Source: Candidatus Latescibacterota bacterium (lineage in GTDB: Bacteria > Latescibacterota > UBA2968). From it: a stretch of DNA of 64,000 nucleotides. A program made the translations under genes and the position numbers. Below, piece by piece: positions 1 to 10,698 of this stretch (position 1 is its first letter; the number at the start of each line of letters is the position of its first letter). Location: NCBI GenBank assembly GCA_965204375.1, contig OZ241986.1, positions 1,280,001 through 1,344,000 on the forward strand, given 5' to 3'. Under the pieces are notes generated by a model, which had not been told where the DNA came from, made no database searches, and saw only the letters and a program-made list of their open reading frames with translations.

Positions 1-1152
1 GTGGATAAATGGACGCCAATTATTCCCGCCACAATTCAGCACACTTTCGCCGTCGAGATCATCCGGGGTGTCGATTCCTGCGATGTCACAGAAGGTTGGG
101 AAGATGTCCCGCAGTTCTATCGGCGATTCTACGAGCGATCCACGTTCCACAGAGCCAGATGTTTTGGGCATTCGCAGGATGAAGGGCACGCGAGCGGATC
201 CGTCATAGGGTACGCCTTTTCCCACATGGTTGTGGTCGTAGAGCATTTCACCGTGATCTGCAGTAAAGAGTATGGCCGTGTTGTCCTGAACGCCGTATTC
301 GTTGAGTGCCATGATCATGCGGTTGATCTGGAAATCGATGTGTGAGATTTGCGCGTAATACGCTCTTCGGGCATAATCCACCAGCGCCGGATCTCGCGGG
401 ATCGGGCTGTCGTGGCCTCCCTTGCGGAGTTCGTGGTCAACCCAGTTTCCCATGGCAGGTGGAGGAATGTCCTTTTGCAAATATCGATTCAAGAAAGACG
501 CGGGCGGATCCAGCGGCGGATGGGGCCGATGGTAGGATAGCGTGAGGAAGAAGGGTTTGGAGGTATCGCGCCTGCGCAAAAAGTCAATGCCCTGCGAGGT
601 GACCCAGCTCGTGGGGTGGAGCATTTCGTGGTAGGGCCAGGCCTGCGCCGCATATCCATTGCATCCCACGCCAGAGTCGTTGTGGTCGGCATAGACCTCG
701 CCGAGTTTTTCCCGTAGCCAGGGGGTGTAATCGTCGTTCAATCCAAATTCGCGGTTTTCCCGCCGGGCGCGATGCATATAGCCGTCGTGCAGTACGACGT
801 TGTGAAAGCCCACGAGATTGCGCCAGGGATAGACGTGCATTTTGCCGACGCACTGGGTGTGATAACCCGCATCTGACAGAGTTCCGGGAAGTGTTACTGG
901 ATAGTCCCATTGTACGCCGCCGTTGGTGAGGTACCCATGGCGCTTGGGGGCGAGGCCCGTGAGGATTGTGGCGCGGGCAGCAACGCATACCGGACACGAG
1001 GCATACGCCTGGGTAAATGTGATACCCTCGCCTGCCAGATAATCCAGATGGGGCGTTTCAACTGCGGGATGACCGGTATAGCCCAGACAATCTCCACGCC
1101 ATTGATCGGTCAGGATAAAGAGTATATTGGGAGCGTTTTCAGTTGTTGGCAT
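1..1152 (-). CDS. Formylglycine-dependent sulfatase (3' end runs off window edge)
   Basis: Not in ORF track; manual translation from ATG 1152: MPTTENAPNILFILTDQWRGD...SCPVCVAARATILTG...VGKMH (CxxxR sulfatase motif, NILFI-TDQ, GKxH). Confidence 0.9.
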   Translation of the reverse strand, partial: MPTTENAPNILFILTDQWRGDCLGYTGHPAVETPHLDYLAGEGITFTQAYASCPVCVAARATILTGLAPKRHGYLTNGGVQWDYPVTLPGTLSDAGYHTQCVGKMHVYPWRNLVGFHNVVLHDGYMHRARRENREFGLNDDYTPWLREKLGEVYADHNDSGVGCNGYAAQAWPYHEMLHPTSWVTSQGIDFLRRRDTSKPFFLTLSYHRPHPPLDPPASFLNRYLQKDIPPPAMGNWVDHELRKGGHDSPIPRDPALVDYARRAYYAQISHIDFQINRMIMALNEYGVQDNTAILFTADHGEMLYDHNHVGKGVPYDGSARVPFILRMPKTSGSVERGSLVESPIELRDIFPTFCDIAGIDTPDDLDGESVLNCGGNNWRPFIH

Positions 1153-1157
1153 TGGTT

Positions 1158-1973
1158 TTATCCCCTTCGCTTGTTGGCTAAAACCCAGACATCGCGAAAG
1201 AAGGACTGACGGCTTTCATCCAGACCGTTGATCACGACCGGGTTCATACAGGGCTTGGGTTCGTGGAAGCGCACGGTTACGTGATTGTACGCGATGAGGA
1301 TGGCGCGTCGCGGATTGTTCGGGTTGGTCCAGGGAGATCCCGTGTGCCGCACGCCTTCTGAAAATACGACGAGGCTTCCCGGCGGGCAGCCATAGGTTTC
1401 CCAAACACCTGAGTTTGGGTCATCGGCTTCTTCGGGCCAGGTTCCGTCCTGGGCAGATGCCAGATTGGCTTTGTGCGAGCCGGGCACGAGGTGGGTGCCG
1501 CCCTGGCCTTTTTTCACCTCGTTCAATTCCCAGACAATGCGCGTCATCGCGCTGTAGATGCGCCCGTTGTGAAAGCGAAAGGAAAACGAAGGGTGGAGGT
1601 TGGTCCCTCCCACGTGTGGCCGCCACTCGTTGCCGGTTTTCTCAGCAGATCGGCCGGATATGAATACGCTTTCCAATCGGATGCGCTCCCGATCAGGATC
1701 AATGACCTCCTGGAGAATGCCCATGACGCGCGGGTGATCGATCAAAAATTCGGTGGGACCAGAAATTGGTGAGCGATGGTGCTCAGGAAGGCTTTCGGGC
1801 GTTTTCATATACGTTTCGACGTGGTCGCGTGCGATCGCGATTTCTTCGCCGGAGAGAACGCTGGGGATGACGAGAAAGCCTTTTAAGTCGAAGAGGAATT
1901 TTTCGTAATCCGACATGGGATGAACTCGAACGGGTTCGGTAAGTGTCGGGGATTCAGTGGCGGTGTTTACCAT
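1158..1973 (-). CDS. PhyH-like Fe(II)/2-oxoglutarate oxygenase (HxG type)
   Basis: FDLKGFLVI N-terminus, VPGSHK, distal His in SEGVRH, RR motif; RBS AAGGAGG before ATG 1973. Confidence 0.85.
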   Translation of the reverse strand: MVNTATESPTLTEPVRVHPMSDYEKFLFDLKGFLVIPSVLSGEEIAIARDHVETYMKTPESLPEHHRSPISGPTEFLIDHPRVMGILQEVIDPDRERIRLESVFISGRSAEKTGNEWRPHVGGTNLHPSFSFRFHNGRIYSAMTRIVWELNEVKKGQGGTHLVPGSHKANLASAQDGTWPEEADDPNSGVWETYGCPPGSLVVFSEGVRHTGSPWTNPNNPRRAILIAYNHVTVRFHEPKPCMNPVVINGLDESRQSFFRDVWVLANKRRG

Positions 1974-1986
1974 AGCAGAAACCTCC

Positions 1987-2805
1987 TTACTTTTCGGGCC
2001 ATGGACGAAACAGATTGCGCTGTTCTTTGGTATATCGCGCCAGAGTCTGCGATGTGATATGCTGAGGCTCATCCATGGTTGCGATATTCTGCGACATCAT
2101 CCAGTAGGGTCCATAGCCTACGTGGATGGTTTTGCGGACTTGATCTGAGCGGTTGGTCAAGCCACCGTGCCGCAAGTGTTCTGTGAAAAAGATCGCATCG
2201 CCTGCTTTGACTTCCAATCCGACCATTCCCGGTTCTACATCTGGATCATTGTCATAAGGGCATGGCAGGGTGCTTTTGTGTGTGCCCGGAACGACGCAAA
2301 ACGCGCCTTGTTCATTGGTGACATCGTGGATAAAGTAAACCATGCGCACCATCATGCAATCGATGCGGTCACTGCTGGTGTAGCGGTATTTTTGATTTTC
2401 CGGTCTCGTGCCGCCGTGGCTGCGCGATGTATTGTTTTTGTACCGAATGCGGATCTCTGAGTTGTTGATGGTGTAGCGACCGCGGATAACGGTTTGTACG
2501 TATGGCAATGTTTTTTCGTGGTTTACCAGCACGTCAAATGTGGAATCTGCATTCCAAAAATCTTCTATAATCAGGGTTTTTTCCTCGGAACATGAACCCT
2601 GAACGTGGTAGCCTTTTTCTTTGTTGATATGGTAATCAGCTCCCCAGGCACTGAGTTTTCGAGGTGGCAGATCGACATTGGATAAGGCGTGTTCTTCCAA
2701 TTTGTCAACGGCTTTGCGCAGGGATTGCACTTCTGCATCCGTGAGCATGTTTTTGATTGTGATATATCCCTGGCGGTCAAATTCGTATTGTTCGACTTCG
2801 TTCAT
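1987..2805 (-). CDS. PhyH-like Fe(II)/2-oxoglutarate oxygenase (HxG type)
   Basis: FDRQGYITI, SHGG, VVPGTHKS, GDAIFFTEHLRHGG, RK motif. Confidence 0.85.
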   Translation of the reverse strand: MNEVEQYEFDRQGYITIKNMLTDAEVQSLRKAVDKLEEHALSNVDLPPRKLSAWGADYHINKEKGYHVQGSCSEEKTLIIEDFWNADSTFDVLVNHEKTLPYVQTVIRGRYTINNSEIRIRYKNNTSRSHGGTRPENQKYRYTSSDRIDCMMVRMVYFIHDVTNEQGAFCVVPGTHKSTLPCPYDNDPDVEPGMVGLEVKAGDAIFFTEHLRHGGLTNRSDQVRKTIHVGYGPYWMMSQNIATMDEPQHITSQTLARYTKEQRNLFRPWPEK

Positions 2806-2819
2806 TGTAACTCGTCCTG

Positions 2820-4148
2820 TTAGTTCTTCCTGAATAGTAACATTGCGATTCGTCGTTCTCCCACCACGACCTTTACAATGGCCTTGATATAGATGGGTTT
2901 TTTGAGCAATGCGAGTTCCCGGACTTTTGCCTTGAGCACCGGATGTGGATCGTCGATTCGGATCACGCCTTTAAAAGAACGCTTTGAATTTTCGGCATCG
3001 ACCATCTGTCCGTTCTGGACCATCTCGTTATTCTCTGGCTCATCGGCATCCATCTCGATAATCATACTCAGATCTGTGATTTCATTTACGGATAGGGGCA
3101 GTCCGCCCGTGTCGAATTGCCGTTCCACAATGCGGTCTTGAAGCGTATTCTGGATTTCCTGTTGAACTTCGTTGGGAAAAGTGTGAATCCTGAATTCCGC
3201 GGTGTGGGTACCTTCGATGACTGTGCCGGTTAGCGCTATCCGGTTTAATGGCTCGGCTTCGATCTTTTCTCCGGGATCGAGTGGCCCGGCATTTTGCACG
3301 TTTAATGTGCTGTGGAGATCTATTTTTTTTACCTTGCCGAGTGCGAATACCGTATCGTCTTCTATGGCGACGAGTTTGCCCGAAAAATACTCTTCTAATT
3401 GCTTGGTGACCTGACCATCCGAGATGTCGTTGAATTGTGCAAATCCCGTGCTCCACCAACCCTGCGAATCGACGTCTGTTCTCAGTATTTCGCCGTCTCC
3501 ATAAGTTGTAATCACTTCAATATGAGCCAGTTGACCGACGCGTGCGAGCCTTTGTGCGGCGCCCTTTAAGCCTGCGGAAATCCTCAGATCGTCAAAATCC
3601 AGGATACGCGCAATTTCGTCTCCTTTTTCCACGACCGTTCCGACGATTTCCTCCTCGAACAGGATAACGCCGGAGTGCGTAGCGGTGAATGTCTCCCGTC
3701 TGGAAAGCTCTTGTTCCCAGACGGACGTCGCACTTCTCATTACACCCTGAAGTTCTCGTTCCGTTGAAGTTAGAGAAGATGATGTTGCAAGGCTGTCGAG
3801 GGCGCCTTCTAATTCTTCCGCAACTTGTTTTGCACGATAGCGGTTGACCTGGGATTTATCTCTGGAAATTTCAAATAGCGGCTGACCAATTGTTACGTCG
3901 GTTTTATTTTCGACGAGTGCTTCGATGACTATGACATCCTCATCATAAGATAGGACATATTCGTGCGGCTTGATCGGTTCGGCATTAGATAATACGAGGT
4001 CCTCTGTCTTTGTAAACCACAGAAAGGCGATGGCTGTGGCGACCGCAAAAACAAAGCCATACCCGAATATCTCCAGATATTTGACGTACTTCGCAATAAG
4101 TCTGCGGGTTCTCAAGCTCTGTGTTTTCGGTCTCTCTGTCGTTTGCAT
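2820..4148 (-). CDS. Membrane-anchored HlyD/periplasmic-adaptor-like protein
   Basis: Single N-terminal TM helix, lipoyl-like half motifs (VTIGQPLFEI; VVEKGDEIARI) flanking a coiled segment; directly downstream of an ABC exporter. Confidence 0.55.
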   Translation of the reverse strand: MQTTERPKTQSLRTRRLIAKYVKYLEIFGYGFVFAVATAIAFLWFTKTEDLVLSNAEPIKPHEYVLSYDEDVIVIEALVENKTDVTIGQPLFEISRDKSQVNRYRAKQVAEELEGALDSLATSSSLTSTERELQGVMRSATSVWEQELSRRETFTATHSGVILFEEEIVGTVVEKGDEIARILDFDDLRISAGLKGAAQRLARVGQLAHIEVITTYGDGEILRTDVDSQGWWSTGFAQFNDISDGQVTKQLEEYFSGKLVAIEDDTVFALGKVKKIDLHSTLNVQNAGPLDPGEKIEAEPLNRIALTGTVIEGTHTAEFRIHTFPNEVQQEIQNTLQDRIVERQFDTGGLPLSVNEITDLSMIIEMDADEPENNEMVQNGQMVDAENSKRSFKGVIRIDDPHPVLKAKVRELALLKKPIYIKAIVKVVVGERRIAMLLFRKN

Positions 4149-4178
4149 TTTTTTACCTGTGGTTATGAGGAGATTGCG

Positions 4179-5975
4179 TCACCCAACTTGTCTGGTATCG
4201 TCCAGGCCGAGGTATCGCCGGTACATCTCTGCGTACTCGCCCCCATTGCGAATCAGTTCTGCGTGTGTCCCTTGTTCGAGGATCTGACCTTCGCCGAGAA
4301 CGATGATCAGGTCGGCATTTGCCACTGTTGTGAGTCTGTGAGAGACTATGAATGTGGTGCGTCCTTCTGCCACGCGGTCCAGGCTTTGCAAAAATCGCTG
4401 TTCTGTGGCGCTGTCCAGGGATGATGTGGGTTCGTCGAGGATGAGAATTTTGGGATCGCGGACCATGGCCCGGGCAATCCCGATCCGCTGTTTCTGACCC
4501 CCTGAGATTCGCGTGCCTTCTCTAAGATCGGTGTCATATCCGTTGCGTTGGGATGAGGCAAATGCGTCTATGTCCGCCAGTTGGGCGGCTCTGACCACTT
4601 CATCGTCAGATGCATGGGGCTGACCGAACAGGATATTTTCTTTGATTGTTCCGTTGAACAAATGCGTTTCCTGTAAAACCAGACCAACCTGGTCCTGATA
4701 GGTGCTCGATTTCACTTCTCTGAGGTCCTGACCATCTACAATTACCCTGCCCGAATCCGGGTCGTATAGCCGGAGAAGCAGGTTCGCGACCGTGGTTTTA
4801 CCCGATCCACTGTGTCCCACCAGGGCGATTTTTTGACCTGCCTGAACGGTGAAGCTCAGGTTGCGCAGGATCGGTGTGCCATCCTCGTAAGAAAAGGAAA
4901 CATTGTCAAAGACGACATCGCCCCTGACAGGTGGCATTGCCGGTGCATTGGGACGGTCTGTAACGGCGGGAACCTGATCCAGTGTTTCGAGAATGCGCTC
5001 GGCGGGAACCATTGCAATGCGAACTTGCTGAAAATACCGAATCAGGACTTGAATGGGATTGGACAGGCGGTTCGAATAGGAGAAAATGGGGAAGACGGAC
5101 CCATAGGAGAGGTTGCCTAAAATAACTTCTCTGAGGAAGTATAGTCTTATCAGTTGATTTTTAGCCCAGGGGAGCAAGCCGCTATTGCCCGCGATTTCTC
5201 GTTCGATGGTACGCATATAAAACAGGCGCATCGCGGCGCGGTACCCTTCGATGGTGAGATTAACATATCGCTTTACTTCGTGCCGACGCCGACCAAATGT
5301 CTGTACGACAGCTGCCCCGGCAACGCCTTCTTGAAGCCCGGAGTCGCGCGCCTGCCATCTCTCTCTTACGCGGCGATCGAATCTGCGCTGTATGGTCGCG
5401 ATCTTCTGGGCGATCATCCCATAAGGAATCGAGTAAATCAGAATGACCAGCGAAACCCGCCAGTCCAACCAGGTGGTGAAGATGAGTATGAGTATGAACT
5501 CATAGACCGCCCGCAATGTCGCTGGCAAGATGTCCGTAATCATGCGCATTACGGCCCCCGTATCTGCGCTGGCGCGATACATGTGCTCGCCAATACCACG
5601 ACTCTCATAGAAGGTCATGGAGAGACGCTGGAGGTGGGTGAAGAAGTGGGTTTTGAGGGCTAAGCTCACGCGTAGATCTACGTAGTGATTGAGTATGGTT
5701 GACATGGTGCCGACCAATCTCTGAATCAGAACAAGCACAACATAGGCGACAAAGATGCTGTAGAACAGGTTCCAATTCTGATTTGGAAAAGCATCATCGA
5801 CGAGGAACTTGCTCAGCCACGGATTCACAACCCGAAACGTGCTGACGACGATCGTGCCCATTACGACGAGCAGCGCCTTATCCCAGACCGGGATCATCAG
5901 CCTGAGAAAACGCAGAAAGACTCTTATAAGCGACTGTTTTGCTCCCTTGCGGGGAGGAGGAAAATAGTTGAACAT
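4179..5975 (-). CDS. ABC exporter, fused TMD-NBD half transporter
   Basis: Walker A GHSGSGKT, signature ISGGQKQR, Walker B ILDEPTS, H-loop SHRL; multi-TM N-terminal domain. Confidence 0.93.
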   Translation of the reverse strand: MFNYFPPPRKGAKQSLIRVFLRFLRLMIPVWDKALLVVMGTIVVSTFRVVNPWLSKFLVDDAFPNQNWNLFYSIFVAYVVLVLIQRLVGTMSTILNHYVDLRVSLALKTHFFTHLQRLSMTFYESRGIGEHMYRASADTGAVMRMITDILPATLRAVYEFILILIFTTWLDWRVSLVILIYSIPYGMIAQKIATIQRRFDRRVRERWQARDSGLQEGVAGAAVVQTFGRRRHEVKRYVNLTIEGYRAAMRLFYMRTIEREIAGNSGLLPWAKNQLIRLYFLREVILGNLSYGSVFPIFSYSNRLSNPIQVLIRYFQQVRIAMVPAERILETLDQVPAVTDRPNAPAMPPVRGDVVFDNVSFSYEDGTPILRNLSFTVQAGQKIALVGHSGSGKTTVANLLLRLYDPDSGRVIVDGQDLREVKSSTYQDQVGLVLQETHLFNGTIKENILFGQPHASDDEVVRAAQLADIDAFASSQRNGYDTDLREGTRISGGQKQRIGIARAMVRDPKILILDEPTSSLDSATEQRFLQSLDRVAEGRTTFIVSHRLTTVANADLIIVLGEGQILEQGTHAELIRNGGEYAEMYRRYLGLDDTRQVG

Positions 5976-6028
5976 CGTCTGGTCTTACCTGTCCAATATA
6001 CGCGCGTGGTTTCTCCCAAAGATACCAC

Positions 6029-6060
6029 AATTAGGCGAAGATAGGTTTGAATGTCAATTG
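6029..6060. promoter_or_regulatory. 32-bp intergenic motif, copy 1 (copy 2 at 17365-17396)
   Basis: aattaggcgaagataggtttgaatgtcaattg vs aattaggcgaagatatgcccaaatgtcaattg, 27/32 identical; TTGACA on minus strand; both upstream of minus-strand genes in divergent gaps. Confidence 0.5.
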
Positions 6061-6251
6061 TATTCTCGGGTTCTTTCTCGCGAAGAGAAACTCTTGCTAT
6101 ACAGAGAAGATTTGAATAGTATATGTCAGTTATCCGAAACTTTTAATCATGTACTCTTGTCTAAACCCTCTAAATATCAGGAAAAAGGAGAAAAAAAATC
6201 AAATTATCCTATCTGTCACGACACGCTTATTGAACTATGGGGGCTTGCTTC

Positions 6252-8702
6252 ATGTTTAACCTGATCGGAAATTACGCCAAAATTGCTATCAGAAATTTGA
6301 TGCGGAACAAAGTGTATTCTGCGCTCAATATCCTCGGTCTGGGCATCGCCATGTCCTGCTGTCTTTTGATTGTGTTGTTTTTACAACGCGAGTTGCAATA
6401 CGATCACAGATATGAAAAGGGAGATCGCATTTACAAGGTTGTGCGAGAAATAAATATTCAGGGCGGATCGCGCACTTTTTCCTGGGGCACATCGGGATCT
6501 TTGGCCCCCGCGTTGCAACGCGATTTTCCCGAGGTAGAATCAGCCGTCCGAATATGGCCTTGGAACGTGAAGGTCGAACGCGAGAATAGTTTGTTTCCCT
6601 CACGGATCAATGTCGTTGACAAACACGTATTTGACGTATTTGAAGCTGAATTTGTTCAGGGCAGCGCACAGGCGGCTTTTGAAGATCCAACGAGTATTGT
6701 GATTACCGAGCGAATGGCGAATCTCATCTATGGCGAAGAAAATCCGATGGGCAAGGCTCTCACTATTGTCAATTCGATTTTTGGCGGAGACTATATTGTG
6801 CGGGGCGTGTTGAAAGATCGCTTCGAGCCCACCACAATCCCATTTAATATGTTCGTATCGCGAGACCCCAATGCGCAATGGAGGAACAAATGGTACGTCT
6901 GGGATAAGGCTGCGGGTTTTCGACCGATACAAACATATATTTTGCTTCAAGAAGGTGTTTCTCCCAAAACGCTGGAACAAAAATTTCCGGATTTTATAAA
7001 GCGCTATATGGGCGCGGAGATCCAAAAATACAATGCGTATCATCTTCAACCCCTGCATCGGGTCTATTTGCATTCGCGTGCAGATTACGACATCCAGAGC
7101 TTCGGCGATATCGATCAACTCTATACGATGTGCGTGATTGCCGCATTTATTCTGATCATTGCCTGCGTGAACTTTATGAATCTGGCGACAGCCCAATCAG
7201 TCCGACGCGCAAGAGAGGTGGGCCTGCGAAAAGTGGTTGGTGCCAGTCGCGGTCAGTTGATCCAGCAATTTCTGGGAGAGTCCCTGATTGTCGCTTGTCT
7301 CGCGTCGTTGCTGGCAATTATTGTCGCGCATGCGGCACTGCCTGTGTTTAATGATTTGATTCAGCAAAATCTGGTGTTAGATCTCAAGGCTTATATGACT
7401 TTGATCCCGGCGTTGATCGGCGTGGTACTGGTATCCGGAGTACTCGCCGGAGGTTATCCCGCCTTTGTTTTGTCTGCCTGGCAGCCGATTGATACATTGA
7501 AGAGCCAGGTTCAATCCAGATCGGGGGGATCCTGGTTCTGGAAAGGGCTGGTGATATTCCAATTTTCAATTTCGATTTTTTTGATTGTAGGGACGCTGGT
7601 CGTGCGCAACCAGATCTCTTATATGCTGGATCGGGATCTGGGGGTTGATACAGAACATCTGGTCATGTTGCCCATTTTTACTTCGAGCCGGGAGGCGCAT
7701 TTCGTTCACGCCAACCGCCTGTCGTCGCGATACAGTACTGTGAAGCAGTCGTTTTTGAGGCATCCCAATGTCATTGGGGCAACAGCATCTCAGTATCGCG
7801 CCTTCCCCAGTGGGGGCGGGTCGCGGAGCAAACCCATTCGCCCAGAAGATTTGCCGGGGGATGACTGGTGGATTCTGATAAATGAGGTCGATGGGGATTT
7901 TGTAAAAACAATGGGTATTGAGCTGGTTGCTGGCAAAAATTTTACCCCGGGCAAGGGAAATCCTCTCAGGGGATGGACGCGCGAATTTCTGATCAATGAG
8001 TCGGCAGCCAAATTATTTGGCTGGGATAATCCCATCGGCAAACAAATTCAGAGGCTGGATGGCGGCGGCGGTGCGGGTACTGTTGTGGGCGTGTTTAAGG
8101 ATTACCATTTTGATTCCTTAAAAGAAAAAATCGCGCCTCTCGCATTTATTCAGTGGGCCAGGCTATATGCGTATTTAACGCTGAAAATAAAGGGTGGGCA
8201 GTTTGTAGAAACGATGGATTTTTTGGAAGAGGAATGGTATAAATTCGTGCCCAACGAAGCGTTTAATCCCGTTTTTATGGACGATGGCTTTGCATCTGCA
8301 TACCGGAATGAACTTCGCCTGAGAAGAATTGCTGGCATTTCTTCATTGCTGGCGATCGTAGTGTGCTGTTTGGGTTTGTTTGGTTTGGCTGCTATCTCTG
8401 CCCAACGGCGCACAAAGGAGATTGGGGTGCGCAAGGTGCTCGGCGCTTCTGCTGGGCAAATTGTGACGATGTTTTCAGCCGAATTTGTCAAGCTGGTCGC
8501 GTTTGCCAGTCTCATAGCTTGGCCCTTGGCTTATTACATGCTCAATGACTGGTTAGCCGATTTTGCCTATCGCATTGGTCTGGGTATCTCGGTATTTGTA
8601 TTGAGTAGTGTACTGGCTATTGCCATTGCCCTGATCACTGTGAGTTACCAGGCATGGAAAGCGGCGCAAACCAATCCGATTGAAGCGCTTAAGTACGAAT
8701 AG
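6252..8702 (+). CDS. MacB/FtsX-type ABC transporter permease (duplicated MacB_PCD-FtsX)
   Basis: YAKIAIRNL N-terminus, ACVNFMNL...RAREVGLRKVVGA, RTKEIGVRKVLGAS, C-terminal NPIEALKYE. Confidence 0.92.
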   Translation: MFNLIGNYAKIAIRNLMRNKVYSALNILGLGIAMSCCLLIVLFLQRELQYDHRYEKGDRIYKVVREINIQGGSRTFSWGTSGSLAPALQRDFPEVESAVRIWPWNVKVERENSLFPSRINVVDKHVFDVFEAEFVQGSAQAAFEDPTSIVITERMANLIYGEENPMGKALTIVNSIFGGDYIVRGVLKDRFEPTTIPFNMFVSRDPNAQWRNKWYVWDKAAGFRPIQTYILLQEGVSPKTLEQKFPDFIKRYMGAEIQKYNAYHLQPLHRVYLHSRADYDIQSFGDIDQLYTMCVIAAFILIIACVNFMNLATAQSVRRAREVGLRKVVGASRGQLIQQFLGESLIVACLASLLAIIVAHAALPVFNDLIQQNLVLDLKAYMTLIPALIGVVLVSGVLAGGYPAFVLSAWQPIDTLKSQVQSRSGGSWFWKGLVIFQFSISIFLIVGTLVVRNQISYMLDRDLGVDTEHLVMLPIFTSSREAHFVHANRLSSRYSTVKQSFLRHPNVIGATASQYRAFPSGGGSRSKPIRPEDLPGDDWWILINEVDGDFVKTMGIELVAGKNFTPGKGNPLRGWTREFLINESAAKLFGWDNPIGKQIQRLDGGGGAGTVVGVFKDYHFDSLKEKIAPLAFIQWARLYAYLTLKIKGGQFVETMDFLEEEWYKFVPNEAFNPVFMDDGFASAYRNELRLRRIAGISSLLAIVVCCLGLFGLAAISAQRRTKEIGVRKVLGASAGQIVTMFSAEFVKLVAFASLIAWPLAYYMLNDWLADFAYRIGLGISVFVLSSVLAIAIALITVSYQAWKAAQTNPIEALKYE

Positions 8703-8763
8703 ACGAATGGCAATACGTACTGGTTTTGGGAGGATGGGCGGGGTTCGTTGATTCGTTGATTCG

Positions 8764-10620
8764 TCAATCAGCTGCACTATCTGTGCCCAACTGCATCTGC
8801 TCATCCCATATTTGGCGATAGAGGCCGTTTGCTTCCAACAAGTCGTCGTGTGTGCCGTTTTCGACGATTCTGCCCTGGTCCAGAACGTAGATTCGGTCTG
8901 CTTTTTGAACTGTCATGAGCCTGTGAGAAACCATCACAGTGGTTCGTCCCTCCGATACGTTCCATATCGTGTCCATGACGTGTTCTTCCGACCGAGAATC
9001 CAGGTTTGAGGTCGCTTCATCCAGGATGAAAACCGCGGGGTCTCTGATCAGGGCGCGGGCAATACCCATTCTTTGCTTTTGTCCTCCGGATAATCTCGTT
9101 CCCTCTCCAATATCTCTTTCAAATCCCTCTGGGTGATCGGTGACGGCATCGTAAAGCGCGGCCATACGGGCTGCTTCCTCCACGTCTGCATCCGAAGCCT
9201 TTAGATTTCCATAGCGAATATTCTCGCGAACAGTTCCGGAAAACAAGAAGGTGTCTTGAAGCACAACGCCGAGTTGATTGCGGTAGCTCAAGAGTCGGAC
9301 GTCTTTCAGGTCGTGTCCATCTACGAGAACCGATCCAGTGGTGGGATCGTAAAGCCTCAAGATGAGGTATAGCATCGAGGTCTTGCCCGAGCCACTCGGT
9401 CCCACGAATGCGACGCGCTCTCCGGGACGGATTGTGATGTTGATATTTTCCAGCACGGGCTGTCCCGATACGTATTCGAATCCCACATTTCTGAATTCGA
9501 CTGTGCCGCTGAGGGGCGGCAGGGTGCTCGCATCGGGCGCATCGCTTATCTCGGGGCGAACGTCAAGGGTTTGCAGGACGCGTTCGGCCTGGACGAGTTG
9601 AAGGCGAATGCTCTGGATTAGCCTGATCATTCTCTCCATTGGGCCTTCAAATTGCCGGGCGAGGAAAAACACAACACTGAATTCTCCGATGCTCAGTTCC
9701 CCGGTCATGGTGTGGTAACCCACGTAGAGCCACAGCACTTTTTCAACGCCCTCAGAGAGAAACCACAGAACGCCCTGGTGCGTAAAGATATGTAGAACGC
9801 GGTACTTGATCCAGTATCTGCGGTTCTCGATAAAAGTCGATGCATATCGGCGGGCAGACCAGCGCATGCGGCCAAAACCTTTGACGGTTTTGGTCGCGGC
9901 TATACCGTCTCTCAAGATCGACCTCAGGTACTGTGCCTGCATTCTCATGTCCCATCGAACTCTCTGAAGGCGTGTGTAGAAGTAGTGGGATAGGGCTGTG
10001 TAGGGAAAGGAGTAAAGAAAAATCAGCACTGTGAGCCAGGGATCGACCAGACTGAGGATGATGCCCGTCCAGATAATCCGGTAGGCTATGGTAATCGCAT
10101 TGGGAACATCGTCGGTGATCATGGTGATCAGGCCACCTCCGACGTCGGCGGTGCTGCGATACATGTGTTCGCCGATGGGCCGACTCTGAAGAAAGCCCAG
10201 GGAAAGTTTGTGGAGGTGGTCGTAGAAGATCGTGCGCAGGTGGATGGTGACTTTCATGTCGATATACCACCCGAGGATACGCCGTGTTATCTGAGAGACA
10301 TTCGAGATGATATACATCAGGAACTTGATACCAAAGACAATAAATAAAAGCTGCAAGCGGCGATCTACTGGCAGGTCGTTGTTCAAGATGACGTCATCGA
10401 CCAGATATCGATTCACAAAGACGCTTATCTCACGGAGCGGAACGCCTACCATGATGAATAGCATCCCGAGGATGACTTTTGTCTTGTGGGGATACAGGTA
10501 CTTAAAAAAACGCCAGAAGGTATCCCATTCGCGGTTTGCCCGTTCCTGTTCTGGAGACCAGGCAGGACCGCGCCATACCTCGGGCTTTCTCTGTCGGATG
10601 TCGAGAATTCTCATTGCCAT
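8764..10620 (-). CDS. ABC exporter, fused TMD-NBD half transporter
   Basis: GPSGSGKT, LSGGQKQR, ILDEATS, SHRL; shares IGEHMYR motif with 4179-5975. Confidence 0.93.
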   Translation of the reverse strand: MAMRILDIRQRKPEVWRGPAWSPEQERANREWDTFWRFFKYLYPHKTKVILGMLFIMVGVPLREISVFVNRYLVDDVILNNDLPVDRRLQLLFIVFGIKFLMYIISNVSQITRRILGWYIDMKVTIHLRTIFYDHLHKLSLGFLQSRPIGEHMYRSTADVGGGLITMITDDVPNAITIAYRIIWTGIILSLVDPWLTVLIFLYSFPYTALSHYFYTRLQRVRWDMRMQAQYLRSILRDGIAATKTVKGFGRMRWSARRYASTFIENRRYWIKYRVLHIFTHQGVLWFLSEGVEKVLWLYVGYHTMTGELSIGEFSVVFFLARQFEGPMERMIRLIQSIRLQLVQAERVLQTLDVRPEISDAPDASTLPPLSGTVEFRNVGFEYVSGQPVLENINITIRPGERVAFVGPSGSGKTSMLYLILRLYDPTTGSVLVDGHDLKDVRLLSYRNQLGVVLQDTFLFSGTVRENIRYGNLKASDADVEEAARMAALYDAVTDHPEGFERDIGEGTRLSGGQKQRMGIARALIRDPAVFILDEATSNLDSRSEEHVMDTIWNVSEGRTTVMVSHRLMTVQKADRIYVLDQGRIVENGTHDDLLEANGLYRQIWDEQMQLGTDSAAD

Positions 10621-10630
10621 CCTCAGGTCT
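10571..10630. repeat. 60-bp direct repeat, copy 1 (copy 2 at 12719-12778)
   Basis: cgccatac(c/t)tcgggctttctctgtcggatgtcgagaattctcattgccatcctcaggtct, 59/60 identical; degenerate similarity continues about 45 bp leftward. Confidence 0.95.
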
Positions 10631-10698
10631 TGCGAGACCTTCGTAAAATCAACATAGACACGTAAATTTATGAATATTCCGAATAATCCGCTACCTAA

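Noticed and set aside
8744-8770. Short TTCGTTGA tandem repeat between convergent genes
   Set aside because: Only about 2.5 units; no supportable function
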